IMG/VR virus record: IMGVR_UViG_3300024348_000001
Location: 122,055 to 186,054 of that record
Direction: 5' to 3' (one strand)
Source of the DNA: a virus
Length of the DNA: 64,000 nt
The position numbers and the translations under genes were made by a program. Every line of letters starts with the position of its first letter. The stretch's first letter is position 1. Shown in pieces: positions 39,643 through 48,383 of the stretch. Under the pieces are notes generated by a model. It made no database searches. It was not told where the DNA came from and was given only the letters and a program-made list of their open reading frames with translations.

Positions 39643-40077
39643 TTATAACACCCTGATGACGCCTTTTTTACCCATATCCAACTGCCCCGTATGCATGTTG
39701 AACAGCCACAACGTCAAACGGGTTCGAGCATGCGCGTCAATAACAGCTCTGACACGCACCAAGTACCGTTCTTCGTCCGCAGCACTCATCAATAATAACA
39801 CGACAGGTGTACGTTTCGTCATGGCGCCATAATACAAGGCCTGACCAATACCTTCCGCCCACTTATGCGCCCAATCTACTTCAATCGCCTCAGTTTGCGT
39901 CAAAATGTCTACCCGCGCTTTATCCGGTAATAGATACTCAGGCATGCCGTTTAAAACTTTGGCAATTAACGCAGCAATTTGCACTTCACCCTTAGGAAGC
40001 ACGACTGTTCGAGAACGTGTAGGCCAGAAAAAAGCTACCCACAGCCTTACACAGAAATCACGGATGAACGCAAACAT
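39643..40077 (-). CDS. PD-(D/E)xK nuclease-like protein
   Basis: EYLLPDKARVDILT...AIEVDWAHKWAEGIGQALYY. Confidence 0.55.
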   Translation of the reverse strand: MFAFIRDFCVRLWVAFFWPTRSRTVVLPKGEVQIAALIAKVLNGMPEYLLPDKARVDILTQTEAIEVDWAHKWAEGIGQALYYGAMTKRTPVVLLLMSAADEERYLVRVRAVIDAHARTRLTLWLFNMHTGQLDMGKKGVIRVL

Positions 40078-40144
40078 GGCTGACTCCTAAAAAAAACAGC
40101 CGACGTGTTTTACCACATCGGCTGCCCCGAGAACATCCGTGTTG

Positions 40145-40543
40145 TCAGGTACCACGGCCGCTACGGTAGGAGCTTCGCCTACCTCGTCCTGATCGACCGG
40201 TGGAAGAAGTGTCAGTGTCCTTTGCTGGGACAGGAACAGTTTCATCCAAAGCGGTCAGCGGATCCGCAACTTGCGCAAAAGCATTTTGCACAGGGGTACT
40301 ATAGGAAACAAGAATCTCATCGTCTAGAGAAGGAAGCGTGGGTTTTGCCGCAATTGGAGGCAATTCAGCAATCGCAGGTGGGATTGCACTGATGCTAGGA
40401 ATCGCAACAGTTGGAGGCAACGCGCAAGCCGAAACAATAGCAGGCGTCGTTACAGGTTTATTAATTCTTGGTGCGCTGCGAACCGGTGTTTTTGCTACAA
40501 CGCGCGTACCCATCCAAATCACAGGAGAAAATTCACTAGCCAC
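40145..40543 (-). CDS. Low-complexity hypothetical protein
   Basis: 132 aa Pro/Ala-rich with basic tail; GAGG RBS. Confidence 0.45.
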   Translation of the reverse strand: MASEFSPVIWMGTRVVAKTPVRSAPRINKPVTTPAIVSACALPPTVAIPSISAIPPAIAELPPIAAKPTLPSLDDEILVSYSTPVQNAFAQVADPLTALDETVPVPAKDTDTSSTGRSGRGRRSSYRSGRGT

Positions 40544-40555
40544 GGTAAATCCTCA

Positions 40556-40822
40556 TCAAGGGGCCGAAATTAACCGAGCACCTGTTGGGGGCTCAGGAAG
40601 TTGTAACGTGTCACAAAGCGTAGTCTCGTGGATGCCTAGTTTTGCCAATACTTCGTTGAAATCGTCATCACCGACATGCGACACGAGCTGACATTTATCC
40701 ATTCCATACTCTGCGGCGACAGCAATAATAGTGTTGTTGTCCTGCCGAATAACAATCTGATTGATATTCAAGCGAATAGGCGCAGAACCAATCCCGGAAT
40801 CAGAAATAATTTCAACAAACAC
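40556..40822 (-). CDS. Hypothetical protein
   Basis: 88 aa; AAGGAG RBS. Confidence 0.55.
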   Translation of the reverse strand: MFVEIISDSGIGSAPIRLNINQIVIRQDNNTIIAVAAEYGMDKCQLVSHVGDDDFNEVLAKLGIHETTLCDTLQLPEPPTGARLISAP

Positions 40823-40832
40823 AAATAACTCC

Positions 40833-41618
40833 TTAGCGACGACCTCGTACAGCAGCGGCTACCCGAGTGGCTCTGTCGTTCGCTTGAAACAACGGCAACG
40901 TCATAGCTTGCCCTGCGGCTTCAGCCTGTTTGATGGTAGGACTGATAAACATGTCACGTACTGTTTGAGCACCTGACTGCATATCACGGCCAGCCTTTTC
41001 GCCACCCGGAGTACCTGCCGGGGTAATGCCTGTAATTCCTTTAATGGCAGAAATGGCGCCACCACCGCTATTACCGGCACCACTGGTAGCGTCACCGCCG
41101 TTAGCCATGGTCATAAGTTTATCTGGCGTAGCGACAAGATCCTGCGCAGGAATCTTGACGTTAAGCGCATCAGCAAGTTTAGCCAACATGTGCTTAATTT
41201 GCATCAATTCTACGTTGACGTCGATCTTAGGTTTCAAGCCACCGCCGCCACCCGAAGCAGCACCAGCACCACCAGCACCCATGGCTTTACGGACTTCGTC
41301 AGCCACAATCTGCTGAATCATGCCGGGATCCATAGGCGAAGGTGGGGGCGGAGCAGGTGGCGCTGGAGGAGCACCACCCATCATCGATGGATCCATAGGT
41401 GGTGCGCCGCCCATCATTGAAGGATCCATAGGCGGAGCACCGCCCATCATTGAAGGATCCATAGGCGGAGCACCACCCATCATTGAAGGATCCATAGGCG
41501 GAGCGCCGCCGGGAGGGGCACCACCGGGAGGAGCACCACCCATAGAAGGGTCTCCTGACGGCACAAAAGCCACCTTATTCAAAACATCCCGCGCCACTTT
41601 GATAAGACTGTAATTCAT
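40833..41618 (-). CDS. Gly/Pro/Met repeat protein with K-x-A motifs
   Basis: Tandem GGAPPMDPSMM repeats; IKVAR, NKVAF, IKQAE; GGAGG RBS. Confidence 0.7.
   Translation of the reverse strand: MNYSLIKVARDVLNKVAFVPSGDPSMGGAPPGGAPPGGAPPMDPSMMGGAPPMDPSMMGGAPPMDPSMMGGAPPMDPSMMGGAPPAPPAPPPPSPMDPGMIQQIVADEVRKAMGAGGAGAASGGGGGLKPKIDVNVELMQIKHMLAKLADALNVKIPAQDLVATPDKLMTMANGGDATSGAGNSGGGAISAIKGITGITPAGTPGGEKAGRDMQSGAQTVRDMFISPTIKQAEAAGQAMTLPLFQANDRATRVAAAVRGRR
41371..41550 (-). repeat. 33-nt tandem repeat (GGAPPMDPSMM x4) plus GGAPP units
   Basis: cccatcattgaaggatccataggcggagca repeated. Confidence 0.9.
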
Positions 41619-41709
41619 GCGTAATCCTCCAAGTGTTCAAGTTAGCATAAACATTTAACGTAAGCCAGAGAAAGCAATTATTCACCGCAAGCGTCAGATA
41701 AAAAACTAA

Positions 41710-42816
41710 TTAAGGCCACAAAGGTGCCGCTGGCGGTATTGCAAAACCAGCAGAGTCAAATTTTTTGTTTTGCATTATTCGGGAATACAGTCTTTCGCCC
41801 GCATCGTCTTCTTCGGAACCAATTGCGGTAGGGTTGTGATAAATGGGTCGCCTGCGCCACGCAGCCGTTTCTTGCGCGGTATCAAACAAATCTTCTTTTT
41901 TCGGTAGTGGCGCTCGCATTTGCGGGCCACTACTGCCAAAATCTTTTGGCGGAATGTGTCCGCGCAAATACGGATTATGTCCAAGTACGCCGGCCTCGCT
42001 TCCGTCAAGTGCTCTATCCAAATTAGCTAAATGTTGCGGCATTAAAAACAAAGGCGTTTTTGGGTCACCGTGAATTAAACCATCTCTAGCAAATTGATGC
42101 GGATCAAAACGACGATCGCCGTTTTCAACTTTCAACGCATTTGCAGGTAAAGATTTTGGTTGTTTTGCATTTGGATTATTTTGTTGAAATCGTAAATTGT
42201 TGCTTGAATGATCTAACATGGCAAGTCCGACATTACCGGGCAAGAAAAAACTTGGAAATCCTTGTTTGTTTTCACCAAATTCATCGTAATCTTGCACTAA
42301 ATCTGGATGATTGCGGGGACGAATTTTACCTTGCGCAAGCGCATCTTGTATATCTTGTTTTGTTGGCTGTCCTTTTTGTCGTTGCATTTTATCGCTTGCG
42401 TCTTGCAACATACGAATTGGGTCTCTTTCACCCGGAAATGCCTCAAACTTCTGGCGAAGACCGCCTGCATTGCGCAATACCGGAACACCTTTTTCTAAGG
42501 TTGAACCGTACAGCATATCTTTTAACGTTTTTTGCGGTGTTGCTGAAAATGCTGGTTGTTTTACAGATTGCAATTGCGTCAATGCTGCCGCAGGCATTTT
42601 TGGCAAAACCACGTTAGGTTTTTGCGGGGCATAATCCCAATTTTCTTTACCACCACCCGGACCTGACTTTGGATTAGGAGCATACGGCGCCACAGAAGGT
42701 TTAGGTGCCGACGACCCCGGCACCGAAGGCATTACGGTATCAGATTTACGAAACGTAGGATCAGCAGCCATCTTTACCCTAGCCGCTAACTTTCCAAGCT
42801 CTGATGCTGTAATCAT
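41710..42816 (-). CDS. Leader-tagged cargo protein 3
   Basis: Begins MITASELGKLAARVKMAADPT, the same as 32490..34034, then diverges. Confidence 0.7.
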   Translation of the reverse strand: MITASELGKLAARVKMAADPTFRKSDTVMPSVPGSSAPKPSVAPYAPNPKSGPGGGKENWDYAPQKPNVVLPKMPAAALTQLQSVKQPAFSATPQKTLKDMLYGSTLEKGVPVLRNAGGLRQKFEAFPGERDPIRMLQDASDKMQRQKGQPTKQDIQDALAQGKIRPRNHPDLVQDYDEFGENKQGFPSFFLPGNVGLAMLDHSSNNLRFQQNNPNAKQPKSLPANALKVENGDRRFDPHQFARDGLIHGDPKTPLFLMPQHLANLDRALDGSEAGVLGHNPYLRGHIPPKDFGSSGPQMRAPLPKKEDLFDTAQETAAWRRRPIYHNPTAIGSEEDDAGERLYSRIMQNKKFDSAGFAIPPAAPLWP

Positions 42817-42840
42817 GGGTGATTCCTTAAATGCTTATTG
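42753..42840 (-). repeat. RBS+leader DNA cassette, copy B
   Basis: Matches copy A (84/86) and copy C (64/65). Confidence 0.95.
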
Positions 42841-43845
42841 CAAGTTAGGGTTTAGTCGCTGCTTGGTGTAAATTTTACGCACCGCAGGGTCAGTTTTTGG
42901 GTTTGCCATTTCTGTGTGAAGCAGTTTTTCACCCTCACGTGTTCGTCCTGTAGTTGGATTTACTGTAAGTGGAAAATATGGATTATCTACAGAAGCCGTG
43001 TTAAACGCGTTCATAACACTCCATGCGTCACTTTTATTTTGCCGCTCAAACGAAGGCCTGTTTCCCCAAAATTTTCTATCGTTAAACTCATCGGTACTTG
43101 CACGCGCAGGTATTGGTGGTTGTTGCGGATATCGCCATGCGTTATATGCATTGTTAACATTAGTTACAATTTTATTCGGCGTTTTGAAACCCGCTAGTAT
43201 ACTAATTCCTGCTTGCGGTCCGGGTGGCAACGCTTCAAAACGATCTATACGGTTGTCTAAACGAATTCTTGGTCTAAACGTTTGAAGGCTAGTGGGCGTT
43301 TGTGCTGCGAAATCATCAGGTTCTAGGCCTTCAACGCGACCGCCTTGCGATTTAGACACACCTGAATACATCTCAGGTTTATACGGAATATTTGAAGGCG
43401 TATAACCGCTTTGTACTGCGTCACGCGGTGTGAACTCAGGCATTTGATTTTTTTGCAAAAAGTCAGAATAATGTGATTCATTAAATGGGTGTAAGTTCAA
43501 ATCTAATTTACGATTAGCTGGATCATTTTCATATTGATGCTTTGCCGTTCTAAATGCATTGGCGTCGTGCACGTTTCTACGTTGAGAAATTGCTTGGGCA
43601 AGTTGATGCTCTGGCGCAGAATTTAATAAATCATTGTAAAAACCTTTACCTCTATATGCAGACGAATAATCTTTTGCTGCTGCCACCGCAGGTTGCGCTA
43701 CTGCTTGCATTGCGCCAAACGGCGAAATCATTGTTTTCATTGCTTTACCAGCTGTAACCGCAGCACCTGCAATAGGTGGTAATTTTTGTTCTTCAGCTAT
43801 CTTCACCCTAGCTGCTAACTTTCCAAGCTCTGATGCTGTAATCAT
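42835..43845 (-). CDS. Leader-tagged cargo protein 4
   Basis: Begins MITASELGKLAARVKIA. Confidence 0.7.
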   Translation of the reverse strand: MITASELGKLAARVKIAEEQKLPPIAGAAVTAGKAMKTMISPFGAMQAVAQPAVAAAKDYSSAYRGKGFYNDLLNSAPEHQLAQAISQRRNVHDANAFRTAKHQYENDPANRKLDLNLHPFNESHYSDFLQKNQMPEFTPRDAVQSGYTPSNIPYKPEMYSGVSKSQGGRVEGLEPDDFAAQTPTSLQTFRPRIRLDNRIDRFEALPPGPQAGISILAGFKTPNKIVTNVNNAYNAWRYPQQPPIPARASTDEFNDRKFWGNRPSFERQNKSDAWSVMNAFNTASVDNPYFPLTVNPTTGRTREGEKLLHTEMANPKTDPAVRKIYTKQRLNPNLQ

Positions 43846-43869
43846 GGGTGATTCCTTAAATGCTTATTG
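43805..43869 (-). repeat. RBS+leader DNA cassette, copy C
   Basis: 64/65 identical to 42776..42840. Confidence 0.95.
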
Positions 43870-46800
43870 AATGATTTCTACAGGATCGTCTGCTTGGATA
43901 TCTCCACGCTTATATGCGGCTATGGCATCTTGTCTTGACGCAAACACACGAGGTCTCCGTGCTGACGTTTGACTCGACGCATGGTACAAGCCTCCAATAT
44001 ACTCGTTAACAGGCCCATGCACGACAGATTTGAAGTCGGCCGGGTGAAATAAGTTCTTAGAAGGCATCATTCTGTCGTAGGCTTCTCTAACGGCAGCTTC
44101 GCTTGTAGGCACGTGAAACTGCATTGCGTCTCCGTCAAAGTCTGCATTGAATCCTTTTACAATCAACGGAGAAATCTGCATAACATCGCCACTGACTAAT
44201 CGTGGTTTAAATGCCATGATGCCAAACCTGTGCAACACGGGCGCACGGTTGATAAACACAGGCCGCGTTTCCATTTCTTTTAACAATGCGTCTTTAGCCA
44301 ATGCCGTCTTATCCTTAACGTGCCTTAACGCTTCACCCATGGGCATACCCAGACGCTTCAATCGCCTAATCAAAAATTTGTTGTAAACTTCAAACGCTTT
44401 ACCTTCAGGAATGCCTACCGTATCCATATCGTAATCGGGGTTAGGCGTAATTACAGCTCGCCCTACGTTGTCCACAGTCGATGACAGCAATTTACGCTGT
44501 ACCGTCCCAAACTTAGGCGAGTTACCGAAAATTGATTTAAGAATGCCTGAAACATTCTTTTCTTGAAGCTTAGGGTGAATAGGATCGCCAAGCCCTGTGA
44601 TTGCTTTAAAAGAATCGTAAATGGCCAACCTTTCCGACCCCGTATCGTTAAGGCCTACCATGTCCTTCATAGACTTAAAATTAGCCGTAGCGTCCAGCAA
44701 TTCTTTGTATAAGTAATTAGGGTCTGCTACCAAAGGAATACCCGAACTGCCCATGACGGTAACAGGTCTAAAGATAGGCGGAAGCACAGGTACAGCGTCA
44801 AGAATCCAATCTTTAGGATGCAGCCCGTATTTCTCTGCACCTTTGAGGTAACCTAACCTGCGAATGGCATTGTCGCGTGCTGCTTTGTTGCTGCCGTTGA
44901 CTTGCGCCCTAGCTACGTCGATCTCACGTTTGACGTTTAGTTCCGCCAAGGCTTTAGCTATTGCTTGAGGCCCTGTGCCATATCTGCCAAGGATATGCTC
45001 TCCGCCAATCGTGTCTCTAAGTTGTTGCTGCGTTAGACCCAACAAACGTCTAGCGGGTTCTTCCATCACAGGATTAAGAGTTGGCTCGGGTAATTCAATC
45101 TTGGCCCATTGTCTGCCGTTGTGTCCTCCAGTTAACTTTGGATCAAACAGACCGCCTGCAATAGGCTCCATGTTTTTATCAAAGCGAACTGTTTCTCCTG
45201 ACCTAACAACACGATCTGCCGTTAATTGTTTAACGTCACTATTGGTCATGGCCATTACATTGGTTTCTTGGCCATTTGATACAACGTTAATACCTGCGGC
45301 TTTAAGTGAGTTTACAAACTTTTCGTAAATCAAAGGCACCTTGGGTTCAATCGGCGTGTGTCCCTGCATGAACTGTGTCCAATACTCTTCGTTCTTTTGC
45401 CCGCGAATAAGCCCTGCGTCTCGAATGGTTTCTGTAGCACCGTGAGACAACAACGCATTAACGTCCAACATGGAAATACGCTTGGACCCTGATTCTCCAC
45501 CCTTTGCAGGAGCATCTTCTGACGAGTATGCGCCTGACCCACGACCTTGCCCTTTTGATTCCGCCGTGTGATGCAACTTCATGTAGAAACGATTACCAGT
45601 AGCAACGTTATTGACGTATTGATTTCTCGTCACGTCCATAATGTTTTCTGTGCCCTTAAGATTGTATTTCTTAAGTTGCTGTTCCGCCCATTCTGTCATG
45701 TCCTCGATGTCTTCAAAGTCGGGTACAGCAATAGATTTACCTGTTAGCTCTGCGATCTTGCCTAGCATCAATTCCACTTTTTGGGCTGGATTGGTTCTTG
45801 TCACAATACCGAGGGGATTTAGCAATACCTCAAATGGTCGGCCTTGGGAATCTGTAGGCATTTGATGGTCAGGAACAATAGCTGCGATAACGCCTTTGTC
45901 GCCATATCTACCACTCATCTTGTCACCCACTTGCGTAGGGACAATTGATTTAACCAACACCACAGGGCCATTCTTGCTTTGTACGATATCTGTTACTACG
46001 CCCGGATCATGGTGTTTCCACAATACAGACACATCTCCAAACGCCCGCGCACCTTGTTTGTGAATCTTGTTCTGTGGAGATTCCTTTTCCTGCGCACCTA
46101 AGATCAAAGGTTGGTCATACGTTACAGTCTGTCCAACCTTGATAATGCCGTCGTCGTCCATCGTATCCAATAATTGCTTATCGTATTTCTGTGGAAACAA
46201 GGATATGTAATTCCTTTTCCCCATTTTATGTTGATCTGTTACTTCAAGTTCGTGTTGATACATATGCTCTGAAGACATGCGCTTAGCCATGCCTTCGGAA
46301 ATGACGTTAGCGTCTTCAAAGTTGTAACCTTTCCATGGCATATAGGCAGTGCGAGCATTCAACCCCAGTGCCATGGCTCCGTCTTTATCCGTAAAGTTAG
46401 ACCTGACGATTGTTTGTCCTTGTTTGAACATATCTCCGGGCTTCAGCGCCGTAGACTGATGCAACATTGTTTTGCGATTAAATGGATGGTTCTGAAACAG
46501 CTCAATTTCGTCTTTGCTTCCATCTGCGTAGCGTAATTTAACAATACCGTCACTTATGTCTGTAATCTGTCCATCTTGGGCCGCTCTAACAGCACCCATG
46601 TGGACGCCAAACTCGTGTTCAAAGTCTTTAGTGCCTTTTGTGCCGGGAAGAGCACCCCGCACAAAAGGAGCTTCTCCGTCTTTCAATGGCAACGCTTGTG
46701 TCAACATACGACTGGCCATAGCCATACGTTGTGCTTTGACCGCAGACTTAATAGGAATCAGATTACCTAGTGCTGAGAATGCATCTTCAAACGCTGGAAG

Positions 46801-48360
46801 TTCGTAATCAATTTCTTCTCTAGGCACATATGTGATTTTGCCTGATTTCATAGCAGGCACGCGGTTATCGTCGCTTTTCAACGCTCCGGGAAACGCTACG
46901 GCGACATCTGCAAGTTCTTGAGGAGAACGCCATACTGTTTCACCTGTCTTCAAATCCCTGAACTGAGCATAGATCTTGCCGTCGGGTCCTTTACGGGCAC
47001 CTCGAGCAATGTGAGTATCTACCCCTGCTCTCATGCTCTCTGGCGTGCGTACAGGATCCATGAATCCCATGTGAGAAGGTTGCACACTGCGAGCTTCATC
47101 GGGAATGGCATCCATGCTTGGGATACCACCTTCTCCCAAACGTGTGATCTTAGTGTGCTTATCAAGGATTTCGGCAGGATTGATTTCTTCAAGGTTCTGT
47201 CCAAGCCCTGAACCAAGAAGTGCCTGTTCAAGTTGAGGTGTCATTACTCCTGTAGGCATGCTTTTTAAACTGCCTTGGAATGATGCTTTGTAAAATGCGG
47301 CTCTGCGCATGCCCGAATGATCTCGTTCAACACGCTCACGCAACAAATCTTCCGGTCCGTGAAAAGTCTGATAGGCCAAATGGTCACGGTCATCCACTTC
47401 TTGTTCACCGCGCGACACCGCTAAGAGTTTTTTAGTCGTAGCAAGAATGGCGTCTTTGTTCATTCTGTCAAAAGCTGTGCCCAATGTTCTTTTAGTAACA
47501 AAGGGATCTAGCTCCATTCTTTCAAACACGTCCGTAAGCTTCTGCCGCGTCGTTGTTTCATCGCCTTCTAGGTCTTTGGCTTTGAGTAATCTGGCTTTAA
47601 GTTTTTGCACAACGGCAGAATCATTCTCTTTGTAATTAGCGGCGTAAATTTGATCTCCCCACGCTTCTTTGATTTCGGCGTCTGTGGCTCCCATAGATTT
47701 AAGCAAAGGCATCAAAGGCAATTCACCCTGTCCCAATTTAAGTTTGTACACATTTGTTTCTGGGTTGAGCATGTACCTGTGAGAAATGCCTTTGCCCGGT
47801 AATACGTTGGCGTGCGCTTCTAATTCTCCGTTAGATTTAATACGCGTGTAGACGCCGGGTTTGAGCCTTTGCTGTGCAGTTAAGGTGTACTCGCTGCCGT
47901 TGTGGACCATGGTGCCGTATTTAGTCACATAAGGCACATTAGCCAACACCTGATCACGGGCATCAATGACTTGGCCCGTGATGTTGTCCATAAGCTCCCA
48001 CGTGCCTTTAAGACGACGGCCCATGGTCTTACCACCCAACACCGCATCTTTGTGCTGTTTGTTGGAATAGAGTTCGGGATCAATGTATCTGACACCATTC
48101 AAACGCAATGTGTGCTTTTCATTAGAAATGGGTTGAATAGCGGATGCCGCAGCTAATACAGAATCGTAAATAGCTTTGCGTGTGGAACTAACGTCCGAAA
48201 ATGATCTGAGTTGATCCATAGACGGTGATGTAAATTGCGGCTTAGGTGGTGCCGGTAAAATCGACATGTCACCGGCCATAGGAGGCACCGGTGACATGGC
48301 ATCTAACTTGGCGGGTAAAGCACTCGCTGTTGGGCGAGCTGGAGGCAATATAGAATCCAT
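43864..48360 (-). CDS. RNA polymerase beta subunit fused to N-terminal (catalytic) part of beta'
   Basis: beta motifs: DPVRTPES, GDKMSGRYGDKG, FYMKLHH, GGESGSKRISMLDVNAL. beta' motifs: LLSSTVDNVGRAVI, NRAPVLH, and catalytic NADFDGD. Confidence 0.92.
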   Translation of the reverse strand: MDSILPPARPTASALPAKLDAMSPVPPMAGDMSILPAPPKPQFTSPSMDQLRSFSDVSSTRKAIYDSVLAAASAIQPISNEKHTLRLNGVRYIDPELYSNKQHKDAVLGGKTMGRRLKGTWELMDNITGQVIDARDQVLANVPYVTKYGTMVHNGSEYTLTAQQRLKPGVYTRIKSNGELEAHANVLPGKGISHRYMLNPETNVYKLKLGQGELPLMPLLKSMGATDAEIKEAWGDQIYAANYKENDSAVVQKLKARLLKAKDLEGDETTTRQKLTDVFERMELDPFVTKRTLGTAFDRMNKDAILATTKKLLAVSRGEQEVDDRDHLAYQTFHGPEDLLRERVERDHSGMRRAAFYKASFQGSLKSMPTGVMTPQLEQALLGSGLGQNLEEINPAEILDKHTKITRLGEGGIPSMDAIPDEARSVQPSHMGFMDPVRTPESMRAGVDTHIARGARKGPDGKIYAQFRDLKTGETVWRSPQELADVAVAFPGALKSDDNRVPAMKSGKITYVPREEIDYELPAFEDAFSALGNLIPIKSAVKAQRMAMASRMLTQALPLKDGEAPFVRGALPGTKGTKDFEHEFGVHMGAVRAAQDGQITDISDGIVKLRYADGSKDEIELFQNHPFNRKTMLHQSTALKPGDMFKQGQTIVRSNFTDKDGAMALGLNARTAYMPWKGYNFEDANVISEGMAKRMSSEHMYQHELEVTDQHKMGKRNYISLFPQKYDKQLLDTMDDDGIIKVGQTVTYDQPLILGAQEKESPQNKIHKQGARAFGDVSVLWKHHDPGVVTDIVQSKNGPVVLVKSIVPTQVGDKMSGRYGDKGVIAAIVPDHQMPTDSQGRPFEVLLNPLGIVTRTNPAQKVELMLGKIAELTGKSIAVPDFEDIEDMTEWAEQQLKKYNLKGTENIMDVTRNQYVNNVATGNRFYMKLHHTAESKGQGRGSGAYSSEDAPAKGGESGSKRISMLDVNALLSHGATETIRDAGLIRGQKNEEYWTQFMQGHTPIEPKVPLIYEKFVNSLKAAGINVVSNGQETNVMAMTNSDVKQLTADRVVRSGETVRFDKNMEPIAGGLFDPKLTGGHNGRQWAKIELPEPTLNPVMEEPARRLLGLTQQQLRDTIGGEHILGRYGTGPQAIAKALAELNVKREIDVARAQVNGSNKAARDNAIRRLGYLKGAEKYGLHPKDWILDAVPVLPPIFRPVTVMGSSGIPLVADPNYLYKELLDATANFKSMKDMVGLNDTGSERLAIYDSFKAITGLGDPIHPKLQEKNVSGILKSIFGNSPKFGTVQRKLLSSTVDNVGRAVITPNPDYDMDTVGIPEGKAFEVYNKFLIRRLKRLGMPMGEALRHVKDKTALAKDALLKEMETRPVFINRAPVLHRFGIMAFKPRLVSGDVMQISPLIVKGFNADFDGDAMQFHVPTSEAAVREAYDRMMPSKNLFHPADFKSVVHGPVNEYIGGLYHASSQTSARRPRVFASRQDAIAAYKRGDIQADDPVEIIQ

Positions 48361-48383
48361 TGTTTACACCGTATTTGAAATGA

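Noticed and set aside
33971-43869. Repeat cassette as DGR template/variable repeat or integron attC
   Set aside because: There is no adenine-specific mismatch pattern, no reverse transcriptase or integrase in the window, and no attC-like inverted structure.
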